Shown here: positions 1 to 11,559 of the stretch, piece after piece
Layout: each line of letters begins with the position of its first letter
Position numbering within the stretch: the stretch's first letter is position 1
NCBI GenBank assembly: GCA_002269645.1
Contig: NIVC01001946.1
Location: 1 to 64,000, forward strand
Direction of reading: 5' to 3'
DNA from: Macrostomum lignano
Taxonomy: Eukaryota
Length of the DNA: 64,000 nucleotides
Notes under the pieces: generated by a model
Database searches by the model: none
Told to the model about the DNA's origin: nothing
The model's input: the letters and a program-made list of their open reading frames with translations, nothing else
Program-made: the position numbers and the translations under genes

Positions 1-1
1 A

Positions 2-211
2 CTGCTCCGCGTCAGTACTGCAACGTCGCCACGGGTCGGCCAGAAACCGTTGGAGGGTTTCGGCATAGCCGATAGAAGTGCCTTGGAGGTTGCCGGAGAA
101 GCCAGGGAATTCGATTCAGACTGGGTGGTAGCGGCACGCGCAATCGAAAGGCTCATCTTGCTGTTCGGAGTGGTTGCTACTGCTGCCATTATCGGCTTGT
201 TTTTACTATAG
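2..211 (+). CDS. 3' end (M3-M4 loop and M4) of a Cys-loop ligand-gated ion channel subunit; gene starts upstream of the window (copy A)
   Basis: The frame from nt 2 reads LLRVSTATSPRVGQKPLEGFGIADRSALEVAGEAREFDSDWVVAARAIERLILLFGVVATAAIIGLFLL* (TAG 209-211). SDWVVAARAIERL..GVVATAAIIG matches the C-termini of the paralogs ending at 4369, 6793 and 21474. Confidence 0.88.
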   Translation: MLRVSTATSPRVGQKPLEGFGIADRSALEVAGEAREFDSDWVVAARAIERLILLFGVVATAAIIGLFLL

Positions 212-2142
212 AATAATGGACATAAAATGAAGCATTCGATCAAGGAACTGCCGTACGGTAAAAAGGTACAAAATCTTTTCACAATTCGTGCTATCGCAAT
301 TTCGTCTCCTTTCGTGGTATCGCGAACGAGCTTTAAAAGCTCTTCCTTATTAAGTCAAAGTTTGAAGGGATTAGACTGGAAAGTGCCGCAAATTAGGCAG
401 CCAGCGATCGAGGAGGCAAAGCAGTCATATGCCTATTCCACTGACCCATCTGCACTGACACTAATGAAAACGTACGCAGGCACACTCTCGCACATTGTGT
501 AAAATGGCCTCTGGCTTTGTCACCGTGAGACACACTCGCTGAAGCACACTTCGATTACACACTCTGTGCCCTCATGTACTTTGAGTAAAAAGTCTCGTAA
601 AATAGAAATGTTATTTTATAGTTTATAGTTTGGGACAACTATAAAACGTCTTAAAGACTAGTTGAGCACTGTCCTTTCTATAATCTATTATTTAAATGCA
701 CTAAAATATATGTTGTTCTTGTCCTGAATAAAAAATTTAATACTCAGCTGATTGAAGCGTATAAGATACGCCCAGACCAGTAGAAAATATTTCTATTGAA
801 TTAAAGGTTCCCCTCAATCATGATATTCTTTTGGCCCTGCACATGTATTGGGACCAGTCGGTATTTACATACCGTCTATCTAAAAAGTGCTGAAAAGATT
901 TACGATATATTTGAAGCGATTAATTCTTTTCACAATTCAAGTTTTCATTGCAAATATAGCATTGAGCCTATCTACACAGTGGCAGCATCCTCTAGGTTAT
1001 AAATGCTGTATATATCGATTGCATATTGGTACATGTAAATATGCTTTAGACAAACAATGGAGACTGCTTTCGATAGAGTGTTGGATCCCTATAATCGATT
1101 CAATGGCTCCGGCTGCAATCGATTTGTTTGTTAAAGCTCAGTTGCGTAGCGGTTGAAGTGCTCTCGCTTCTGGACTCTCCAGCTCGGTAGGCAATTAGCT
1201 AGCTCAACAGAGTCGATATCTGGAATTTATGGACGGTATTACAAACCCTCAGTTGACAAAGGCAGCTGCACTCGTTACAGAAGAAAGAAGTCCACTACAG
1301 CCGTAAGAGCTTAAACTATGTAGACTGTGTAGGACTTTTCAGTGAGGTGCTTACAAATCCCTTGAGACAGCAAAGCATTTCTGTACTCTTGTGAAAACTC
1401 TGCACTAGCTCTCATATTCGCATACAGATATAGTCCTAAATATTTCAAGTTATGTATTAATTTAAAAAAGTATAAACCGCAGAATTTTTTACTTGCTATA
1501 ATTATTTTAAATGAAGTTTCCTATCGTTATTTCTATTTAGTAAGTCACAAGGTTGGCAAAGTTAATTTTGGTAGAACTTTCAGAGTGGTCGGTTCGTAAA
1601 TTTAACGGTGGATTTTATGAATGAAAGGCTGGGCCAAAATATTCAAAGGAAGTTGGTCATTCCTTGCGCCAAACGCGTCTTGCACGTTATTCACAATCTA
1701 CGGATAAGATGGATCAGCATCGCTGTCACAACGGAACTCGATTTTGGACACACCCTAATTGTCTGCGAGAAGTAGAGCAAAGCATATGGTCTGTGACGTC
1801 GGATGTTTCAATGGAGTCAGTGTATGGAATGCTGTACATCTTGCGTTGTCTGTGTCTTTGAGAGATCAGTAGGCAACATAAAAACTATGCTAAAACACTA
1901 TAGGACCTGCTGCACGCAGCCTTAAGGATCTGCGATATGCGAGTTATCAACGCGGCCTTCTATTGCAGCTCCGGCCTGGTTCTTCAAAGCGACTTGTTGC
2001 GTCTGTTGCAACTGCAGCTGGCAGGCAAATTCACACTCCCCGAGTTGTGTAGCTTGGAGTAGTTGGAGAGAACATGCGGTGAGTGGGTGCAGCATTTGCA
2101 GCGGGATGACCCACAGGGATGGAACCCTTTGGGAAGCAGACC

Positions 2143-2149
2143 CAGAGAG

Positions 2150-2183
<34 letters not shown>

Positions 2184-2320
2184 AGAGAGAGATCATTGCG
2201 ATTTGTTTAAAATGAAAATTCTCGCCAACTAGCTTATTCGATTAAGGTAGTCGGAATTTGTTTATCACATAATTTTATACTCGCAAAGAATACACAGAGA
2301 GAGAGAGAGAGACAGAGATC
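2143..2320. repeat. (GA)n microsatellites followed by a duplicated ~30-bp flank
   Basis: GA tracts at ~2153-2192 and ~2296-2312, each followed by gatcatt(g/a)cgatt(t/c)gtttaaaat. Confidence 0.75.
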
Positions 2321-3089
2321 ATTACGATTCGTTTAAAATTGAACTTCTTGTTAATTTCGTCGAAATGGTTGTCGCCGAGATGGTCTGTTGCCAAATTGGA
2401 CTGTTACTCGGGCGAGGACAGACGCGAACTCGGCGCTCTGTAGACTGCCTGCTGGCCGACACCCGCGCCGCAGATTTAGCTTTGAGGCACGGCCTGCGTG
2501 CCGGGCTGCTCTTGATTTATAAGACCCAACGGACAGGTTAGTTTGATTTTGTCACCTGCTGTATAGACTAAAATTCAACTTCAAAACGACATGGCTTTGA
2601 AAGGGAGCGAAGAATGCTTGTAGGATTTATCCAATTTATTAATTAAACAGATAGTAGCTATACACATAATATTCACGTAAATTTCATTAGCATCCTTTTG
2701 CAACATGCTAGCATACATGGAATACATATCCGAGAATGCTATATAAAGGTGCGCCGCGCGTATCCGTGCTAAAGATAGTTCGCTACTGCAGACCGCACCC
2801 AGACCAGAAAATGCAGCGATGAAAAGTTTCTATGCAAATAACGACGTCAAACGAGGTCAGGGATCTGCTAATTGGAATATCAGACCAATATAAGCAGCTA
2901 ACTTTACGATATTTGATCTATTGAATTACCTAAATGAAATTCAAATAAGAATCAATCTAGAATTTACACTAGCACGCCAGGGTGATGAGTTGCGAGATCT
3001 CTGGTGCTGTATATATATGGCTGCAGTGGAAAACCGAGCAACTTACAATTAACCGATCAATTCAAAGCAAAGCCCTGTCTCGTGGCAAA

Positions 3090-4369
3090 ATGCTCGCTAG
3101 AACAGCGATCCTTTTATGTCTTCTAATAGCTGTTACGCCAACGACTGTCGACTTTGACGCCAAGCTGCTAAAATATCTAAAAAACAATACCGATCACAAT
3201 CCGTTGCATTTTCCACGAATCGACAAAACCAAGATGTTGAACATATCGCTGAACTTCTTGCTGAGCCACATTGTCTCCGTGGACACAGCTAAGCAAAGCA
3301 TGAAGGTGTCAGCATACGTTGAAGCCAGTTGGGAGGAAGAGCGACTCGTGTGGAACCCAGAAGACTTCGGCAATACCGTGTACACCCGATGGGAAGCTGA
3401 ACAGATTTGGCACCCGATCATCATAGTCTACAATGGCAACGGCAATGATCAGACATTGGTGCCGAAGGTGTTTGTTGGATTAAAGTCGAAAACTCCCAAT
3501 TTGTCTGAGGTGATAGCCACTTGGCGACGTGAGTTCGATTTTTTTTGCGCGTACAACATGGCCGAGTTTCCATTTGATCGACACACTTGCGAAATAAAAT
3601 TATTCGCCACTGACGCATACTATCAAAACTTGACGCATCCAGCGGTTCCGCGTATCAAGTACAAGCTTCTAGGCATTTACCAGCATAGTAAAGAATGGAA
3701 TCTCGAAACTGCTACAGTCAGCATATTGACCCAAACATATGACATTTATGAAGAAATGGAATCCACTCTTAAACTACCCATTTACAGAGTCGTATTAAAA
3801 ATTAAAAGGATATCAACCTATTATGTAATTAACATTATAATTCCTCTGTTGCTGCTCGCCCTGCTCCAAGTGCTGGTGTACTTTGTGCCCCTGGAGTCCG
3901 GTGAGAAGCTGGGATTCGGCATCACAATCATGCTCAGCTACACTGTGTTCTTGCTGCTTCTGGACGGAATCCTGCCGAAGTCGCACAAGATGCCGCCATC
4001 GCCCTGTTCATCACGGCCGCCATGGTGCTGTCTACCGTGTCGCTGCTGCTGACCTCGCTGACCATGCTGTTCCACTTCAGGCCGGAGGGCAGCCGCATGC
4101 CGGAATGCGCTCGGACGGTCTTTGTTCGATACCTGGGCCGCCTGCTCTGCGTCAGCGGCGCCACTAGGGCATCACAGAAGACCAATCAAATTGCTGTCGA
4201 AGGCTATACAGAGAACGAAAATGCCCGGAGGCCAAGTGAAAAAGAAGCGTCAGAATCGGACTGGGAAGTAGCAGGTCGAGCAATCGAGAGGCTCATGTCG
4301 CTAATGGGCGTTGTTGCTACCGCCGCTATTATTGGGGCATTCCTGCTGAGGCCACTGTTAATTAACTAA
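3090..4369 (+). CDS. Intronless Cys-loop (nAChR/5-HT3-like, non-alpha) cation channel subunit, copy B, with a 1-nt frameshift at ~3995 (pseudogene or assembly error)
   Basis: Signal peptide MLARTAILLCLLIAVTPT; Cys-loop CAYNMAEFPFDRHTC (C-x13-C); M1-M2 ESGEKLGFGITIMLSYTVFLLLLD. ORF 2982-4052 continues in ORF 4022-4369. Against the paralogs, CCG GCC ATC has lost one G (ccg-cc-atc, 3993-4000). Confidence 0.88.
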
Positions 4370-4626
4370 CTAAACAACACAATGCTGTTAACAACTGTGA
4401 GAACTAATTTTATGGTTGTTTTTATTAGTGTTGCAAAATTATTAACTGGTTTTGCAACTCATCTTGATATTCTTGCTTTAAAATTGTCATGACATACATA
4501 AATTATTAATGTTGATTTTATTAACGGTACTTACCCGCACGGAATCGAACCCGGGACTCAGGACAAGACTCAGATGCGTTGCTGGCTGCAGGAACCGCTA
4601 CTAAAAAGAAATAATTTTTCCGGCTT

Positions 4627-5133
4627 GGGCGCTGTCAACTAAAATAATTATTTATTTATGGCGTCCTTTATGCTTATTATAGGACGGAATACACACACGC
4701 TGCTATCTGCTTACGTATAATATACTCAATATATTATCTACGCCACTAATATGAAGTAGTAGTTTATCTATTTTTTGTACATTTTGATGTTGGAAAATGT
4801 TGGAAGATGTTGGTCTTTTTACATACCCGTTGGAATTCCCGTTAAAAGGTTGAGAGTATATTTTCGATTTCGCATCTGCATTGTAAAGCGAAATATTCTA
4901 ATAAAAGGGATACCAACTAAACGCTCTGGAATGGAGGCCGAAGTGAGGCTCCGGATAAAATATATACATAGACGGACAAGTCGGAGATATTCTCTAAGAG
5001 AGTTCCAGAAACGAACTTGCATTGATAGGATTTTTCGTTATTTATTTCAGCCAGTCGGTTTGTCAGTTTTTTTAGAAATCTAATTCGAGCTTACTTACTT
5101 CTATATACTTACAGTGCTTAAGTTGACAGCCCC
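4627..5133. mobile_element. Possible MITE (imperfect ~16-bp terminal inverted repeats)
   Basis: gggcgctgtcaactaa (4627-4642) versus ttaagttgacagcccc (5118-5133; reverse complement ggggctgtcaacttaa). AT-rich non-coding interior. No clean TSD. Confidence 0.3.
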
Positions 5134-5345
5134 TTTCAAACATTTTGAAGAGTTTCTCTTTACTACTACCATGCAGTAGTTGATAATGTATATTTTACCA
5201 GCTTTCTCGTTTACTAACACACGGAGGATTCGTGCGCTCAGGGGGTAAGGGATATTTAGTCAAACACGGAAGCAACGTCACCAGTTATATTGCACACAAG
5301 AGTACCTCCACAAATGAAATTAATTCAATTACAGCAGTTCCACTC

Positions 5346-5359
5346 GTTGCCATGGCGAT
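5346..5359. promoter_or_regulatory. RFX X-box-like motif ~160 bp upstream of copy C ATG
   Basis: GTTGCCATGGCGAT: perfect left half-site and AT spacer, imperfect right half. Positionally conserved with 20001-20014. Confidence 0.5.
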
Positions 5360-5504
5360 TGATTCAGCACTGGTAGACCAGACGCGTTATTGACTAAACA
5401 GCTATCCTATAGGATCTTTTCTTCAACTCTGCTTTCTATGATGATATAGAGTAGAAAGCAGTAACCAACATTTGCCTCTTACACCGTATCGACACATCGA
5501 CACA

Positions 5505-6793
5505 ATGTCCGTACGCGAAATTCTACTAGTCGCCACAGCGATTTTAGCTGCCACTTGTGGCGGCTCAGCTCAAGATAGAGATCTGCAACACGAGCTGCTG
5601 CAGTACTTGAAGAACAATATCACCAACTATAGTCCGCTGCTGCGACCCACAATTAACGCCTACAAGCCTACTTACATCACTATGGACACATCATTGACCC
5701 AGCTGGTATCAGTAGACAGTGCCAAGCAAAGCGTCAAGATTGGGGCTTTCGTAATGGCCGGCTGGACGAGGAGCGTCTGGTCTGGGATCCGGCCAAGTTT
5801 GGGAACCTAACCGTGATTAACTGGGACAATTCGAATGTCTGGTTTCCTGTCATCCTCATCTATAATGGCATCGGAGACAACCAGATGCTCACTCCGCAGA
5901 TGCCAGTGTATCTAAGGTCGATCCAGTCCAACCTTACCAGAGTCATCGCGGGATGGCGTCGAGAGTTCGAATTCTCGTGTGAGTTCGACGTGAGCAAATT
6001 CCCCATAGACAAGCACGTCTGCGAGCTCGAGTTCTTCTTCAACGACCAGGGCCATGACAACCAAATGCTGATTCCTGTCAAGAACAATTTGACGCCATTC
6101 CAAATAGACGGACTTTATCGGATGAACAGCGAATGGAAGTTGGTGAATGCGTCGACGTCGTCCGAACGGAAGCCGTACAAACTCGTTCAAGGTGCACCGG
6201 ATGTGCTTCTACCAACTTATGTGATCCGTCTGGAGATCGAGAGAGTCTCCGCCTACTACTTTATGAACATCATCACACCACTGCTACTGCTGACTTTGCT
6301 ACAAGTGCTGGTATACTTTGTGCCCCTGGAGTCTGGCGAGAAGCTAGGATTCGGCATCACAATCATGCTCAGCTACACTGTGTTCCTTCTTCTGCTGGAC
6401 AGCATCGTGCCCAAGTCGCAGACAACACCAGCGATCGCTTCGTTCATCACGGCCGCTATGACCTTGTCGACGATATCTCTGCTACTAACGTCGCTAATTA
6501 TGCGTCTGCACTTCGCTCCGGAGGGCAATCGGATGTCGGCCTGCATGCGTGCCGTTTTGATTGGCTTCTTGGCTCGAGTGTTCTGCGTTGGCGGTGCTGC
6601 CAAAATCAACAAGGTCGAGATCAAGAATGGGACTAGCATCGAAAAAAAGAACAGTACTGATGAAGAGGACACTCCAGTTGTTCGATCCGATTGGGTGGTT
6701 GCTACGCACGCTGTCGAACGACTCATGGTTGCTATGGGAGTGGCCGCCACTGCAGCTCTTATTGGAGTTTTCGTCATCCAACCGTACACCTAA
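5505..6793 (+). CDS. Intronless Cys-loop cation channel subunit, copy C, with a 1-nt frameshift at ~5767 (pseudogene or assembly error)
   Basis: ATG 5505 (MSVREILLVATAILAATCGGSAQD signal peptide). ORFs 5472-5810 and 5813-6793 join if tgg ac- gag (5763-5770) is restored to tgg acc gag as in copy D. Cys-loop CEFDVSKFPIDKHVC, four TM helices. Confidence 0.9.
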
Positions 6794-7187
6794 AGACCGC
6801 AAGAGATTATACTGAGTCGGCTTATGAAACTTTCTGAAAAAAGATTCTTTAATAATAATAAATTCTCTATGCTTCTATCTTCTAATTAAATGAATTAATT
6901 CACATCAAAAGTGCATGGGTGCTTCTAGTCTTCTCATTTAATCGAGCGACTTTCAGCAGTGTTCTGTTCTACGAGCTATGCTAATTGTATGCCACTCTGT
7001 GCCACTAGAGACAACTAGAATCAGATTATGCAAACATATAAAAAACAGCTTTGGTTCTCTACTCACAGCAATTGCTGCCGCAGTAGGCTTGCACCCCAAT
7101 CCTTCATAAAACGATAGGTTCATCAAGAGGATAGCTACTCAATCATGCAGTAAACTAAGAGGCACTTTTCATGATTGCAAATGGTGA

Positions 7188-7201
7188 GTTGTTATGGTAA
7201 C
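7188..7201. promoter_or_regulatory. RFX X-box motif ~400 bp downstream of copy C stop
   Basis: GTTGTTATGGTAAC fits GTHNYY-AT-RRNAAC. Homologous position to 21839-21852. Confidence 0.5.
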
Positions 7202-7529
7202 AGTTAATGAATTCTTAGCAAAGGCTTGGTAAGCACTCGATAAAACTAACTGTGGACAGAGCCTTCAGCGAACAGGCAGGACTATTGTTAATTTAACGAA
7301 ATCACAAGCTTTTTGGGCAGAAAGTTTTAGAGAGCGTGTGTTTACTGCCACCAGAAAAAGTTATTTGCAAAGACGATTTTTTTCAACAGGTGGAATAAAG
7401 GCCCGTTTGAGCTACTGAAACTTGAAAGCGGAACCGGGCATTTTTATTCAGCTCGAGAGGGAGAATCCAAACACGAATGGAATAAAATATGACGGAAACA
7501 ACTACAAGTATGTGCATATGGCATATTTC

Positions 7530-8470
7530 TATATATCTCTCCTCCCCTCCCCTGCCCTAATACTAAAACTGACGCGATGTTTGTCTGTCTGTCTGTCTGT
7601 CTTGTCTGTCTGTATGTTGTAAGTGAACTCCTACAATTCTGGCAAGTCAGCGTCGAAACTTATATGGGAAAACTGCAAATTTTCCGGAGCAGGCTTTAGG
7701 CTATTTTAATTTTCACATTTTAACATCCCTAAAAAAGCAGAAAACTGCTTTTTCAGCCACCAATAACCTTCTTTGGCCACTCTGACTGGGGCTGCAGCCA
7801 GTTTGTAAAAAAAGCCACCCCAACCTCCGCCCGCGGGTCGCTGTGTATTGAGGGGTGGTGGGTGCGCGTGTTCTGCGTGCGTTCAATGCAAATAAAACCC
7901 CCCGCATGTTGGGGGGTTGAGGTCAAGTTAATGCTTCCCCCAGAACGGGGGTTGGGCTTGGGTTGAGTGTACATAGCAGTTGTACAGTGTAAACAGATAG
8001 ACTGTGTCGAGATTCATTTGGTTTTATTGTTGGCGCCTTTTTTCCATAGGCAGCCCTGTGTATTAGTTTGGCAGTGAAATTCAATGAATAAACTTGCGAG
8101 CTTCTCTATCTCTAGCAAGCAGTCGGGAAATCGGTAAATTTCAAACGCTAACTGTTCCTCGAGTTTTAAACTTTGAGAGGAGACACTTATATTGCTGGAA
8201 AGATCTTGCAACGCTGAGTTCGGGGATAAAAGTTGTTTGCTTTATATATGAAAAGAAAAAGCACCGCATTTAAAAAACTATTTCCATACTTTTTTAACTT
8301 TCTGCAAAAAATTGTACTCAGTTTTGCGAGACGTAATAGATAAAGTTGGGGGAGGGTTCAACTTCTCACTGCTGCTGTGTATTGGAGGGTTGGTTTAGAT
8401 TGCGCAATTGCGCAATGTTTTTGTTAACTTTAACTGAGACTGATACTGACTGACTGTGAAATCGGTTGCG
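7530..8470 (+). mobile_element. Putative non-autonomous Helitron/HINE-like repeat (family member 1)
   Basis: tactaaaac followed by a (TGTC)n microsatellite near the 5' end. Shares agccaccccaacctccgcccgc and tgtacatagc..tgtacagtgt with 10346-11130, and actgatactgactgactg with ~59185-59203. Boundaries approximate. Confidence 0.35.
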
Positions 8471-8537
8471 CAATGAATTGATTCAATTATTTCAATATTT
8501 TTATCAGTTGTCTTTTAACACGAAGCTGTGCGTAGTT

Positions 8538-8573
8538 CTAACCCTAACCCTAACCCTAACCCTAACCCTAACC
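8538..8573. repeat. Interstitial telomere-type repeat (CTAACC)6 = (TTAGGG)n on the minus strand
   Basis: ctaaccctaaccctaaccctaaccctaaccctaacc read directly. Confidence 0.9.
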
Positions 8574-8619
8574 AATGAATCCGGAGAGTTGAGTTGTTTG
8601 ACGGAAAAAATTCGATTGA

Positions 8620-9130
8620 GTCCAGTTTAGCGGAGACGATTTCAATGTTTAAAATTTGACGAAGAGGATTTCTGTTTCGTGGAGAGGATTTCGATGGTGT
8701 TCAGTTTCACGGAGAGGATTTCGATGATGTTCAGCTTCACGGAGAGGATTTCGATGATGTTCAGCTTCACGGAGAGGATTTCTGTTTCGTGGAGAGGATT
8801 TCGATGGTGTTCAGTTTCGTGGAAAGGATTTCGATGATGTTCAGTTTCACGGAGAGGATTTCGATGATGTTCAGCTTCACGGAGAGGATTTCTGTTTCGT
8901 GGAGAGGATTTCGATGGTGTTCAGTTTCGTGGAAAGGATTTCGATGATGTTCAGTTTCACGGAGAGGATTTCGATGATGTTCAGCTTCACGGAGAGGATT
9001 TCTGTTTCGCGGAGATAATTTATGATTGATTTCTGCTTTATGGAGACGATTTTGATGAATTTAAGTTTCACGGAGAGGATTTCGAAGGAGTCCAGTTTCA
9101 CGGAGAGGATTTCTGCTTCGCGGAGAGGAT
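8620..9130. repeat. Minisatellite with 30-bp and 20-bp units organised as a 110-bp higher-order repeat
   Basis: Core ggagaggattt. The short unit marker tctgtttcg recurs at 8671, 8781, 8891 and 9001 (period 110 = 20+30+30+30). Confidence 0.9.
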
Positions 9131-9154
9131 CTTGATGGATTTGGCATCTTCAAT

Positions 9155-10220
9155 CAGTCAGAGAAGAGAGTAAAGAGAAGAATGAAAAGAGAAGAGAGAT
9201 GAGATGATAGAAAACAGAGTAGAAATGAGTGGAGAGATTAGACATGACAGATGGGAGAGAAGAGGGGAGTAAGGCGGGAACGAAGGAGAGAGAAGAGAAG
9301 AGGAGAGAGGAGATGAAGGGAGAGGATATGAGAGAGGAGATATGAGATAGCAGAGAGGAGACAGGAGAGAGAAGAAAAGAGGGATAAGAGCGTACAGAGG
9401 CAATAGAAGAGAGGAAAGAGAGGAGAGAGGTGAGAGGAGAGAGATGAAAGATCAGAGATCAGAGATTTAAGAGAAGAAAGTAGTGAGGAGAAAGAAGAGG
9501 GTAAAGATGAGAGTGCAGAGAGGAGAGAAACAAGAGGAGACAGGTGGTAGAAAGGAGTGTAAAAAACAGGAGATAAGAAAGGAGAGGGTGAGAGTGAGAG
9601 CATATAGGAAAGTGTAAAAGGGGAGCAGAGGAGAGAGAATAGATAAGTGAGTAGAGAAGAGATATGAGGGAGGAGAGATTCGAGATTAGAGAAGAGATGA
9701 GGGGAGATGAGAGGAGAGAAGAGAGAATGGAGAGGAGAGAAAAGAGAGGAGAGGAGACAGGTGATGCAGTAGAAAGGAGGGAAGAAAGATGGTAGATAAG
9801 AAAGGAGAGGGTGAGAGCGTATAAGAGATACGAGAAATGAGAGCAGAGAGAAGAGAGAAAAGGGAAGAGAGAAAGTAGAGCGGAGACGATAGATAAGTGA
9901 GTAGAGATGAGATATGAGAGAGGAGAGAAAAGGGGAGAGATAAGAGAGAAGATAGGAGAGTAGACAGGAGAGGGTACAGACGAAAGACGAGGGAGAAGAG
10001 ATAAATAAGGGAGTAGAGATGAGAAAAGAGACAGAAGAGATAAGCGAGAATAGTAGGAATAGAGGAGAGAGAGAAGCGAGAGAAGGGAGAGAGTAGGGAG
10101 AAGAGAGATGAAAGATCAGAGATGAGAGAGATGAAAGTGTAGAGAGGAGTAATTAGTGAGGAGAAAGAAGAGAGTAAAAATAAAAATCAGAGCGCAGGGC
10201 GCAAGAGATGAGAGATGGGA
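9155..10220. repeat. Polypurine (A/G-rich) low-complexity tract 1
   Basis: The + strand is overwhelmingly A/G for ~1 kb. An internal diverged duplication is visible (~9530-9700 versus ~9765-9930). Confidence 0.9.
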
Positions 10221-10345
10221 GTTGATAGATTGTAGAGGATTTGGAAGATGGGATTCAATTCATGGAATTTCAGCTGATAGGAGTTCTTCCCCTTCAGAAT
10301 TCCGGTGATGGGAGTTCTTCCCCTTTCTTCTCCAGAGGAGGAGTT

Positions 10346-11130
10346 CCACTCGTCTACATTTTAAAATCAAAACTCTGTCTGTCTGTGTGTGTCTGTCTGT
10401 CTGTCTGTGGACAATTTTGTTCGCTATAGACTCCCAAACCACCCGACCAAATGACACCAAATTTTGCACCCACCCTAAACTCACTACGGAGAATGTCTTA
10501 GGCTATCTTTAAATTTCCTAAATTTGAGTCTTCATACCTAAAATTGCAAAAAACTGCTCAAAATGCGCGATTTTTCCACTAAATCCTTCATAGCGCCGCG
10601 CCACTTCTACCGATGTTCTTCAAATTTGACACAATCAATCTTCAACTATTTTGACACAATCATGTAAAATTTTAAGTCTCAAAGTTAATCCTAAACGGCG
10701 CTGTGCACTTTTAAAGTTAGGCTGTTTTTTTTCAGCGAGGCAGCCACCCCAACCTCCGCCCGCCTGCCTCTCCCGATCCGGGCAAAGGGTGTAAATAGGT
10801 TTTAAAATGACTAACTTTCGGCTGCCATAACTTTGCTCAACGTGAGGCGATTGGCTTCAAATTTGACACAATACTTTATTAACTCATTCTCTGTCTGAAT
10901 GTAAAGTCTCAACTCCGTATCTTAATCAGGACAGAAACTAAAAGCATGTGAATTTTGTCTGCTTTTTCTGTTGTTTATGCCGCTCACTCACTCATTCCCC
11001 CAGTCCAGACGAAGGGTCAGGCGATAGGGCTCAATGTACATAGCGAATGTACAGTGTTTTGGAATAACTTTTCAATAGCCTTCTGCCGCAACCCGCGCGT
11101 GGAGAGGCTACGTTTAGCCATGACAGTTTA
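10346..11130 (+). mobile_element. Putative non-autonomous Helitron/HINE-like repeat (family member 2)
   Basis: Starts tctacattttaaaatcaaaact then (TGTC)n, then ccgaccaaatgacaccaaatttt, an architecture typical of invertebrate non-autonomous rolling-circle elements. Shares motifs with 7530-8470. No clean CTAG 3' end found. Confidence 0.4.
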
Positions 11131-11559
11131 GCGAGAGATTCAAACCAGTGTCCTCTGTATAGACAAGTCTGCAGCAGTTTAACAGTGGATGGCAAATCAA
11201 GGCGATGTGGGATGGTTTGTAAAAATAGCGAAAAATTAATAACTGATTAGTAGTGATTACAATGCAATCCTACTAAATTAGTTACACCATGAAAATTTTA
11301 ACATTAAGATTCGCATAAGGTACTTTAAAATTTAAATGGCTCCTAAGAAATACGTATTTCCTTGGTTGCTAGACTGCTGCAGACTGTGGTGGTGGAGCTG
11401 GGCTGGAGGGAGATACACAAATTCCTCTCAGGGCTGCTAATTGGCCAGAAATATGATGTGATTAAAGCATAACAACCATGAGAGTACTACGCCCCACAAA
11501 CGCTTTCGAAGCGGGGATTGGCAGACTTTAACCTCAAATGCCAGATAAAGAACCAAGCT

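Noticed and set aside
4531-4600. tRNA-like fragment on the minus strand (GGTTCGATTCC B box)
   Set aside because: Only a T-arm-like motif is present, with no convincing A box, cloverleaf or TSD. Probably a decayed SINE remnant; not called.
8538-8573. True chromosome end
   Set aside because: Only six units, with ordinary sequence on both sides.
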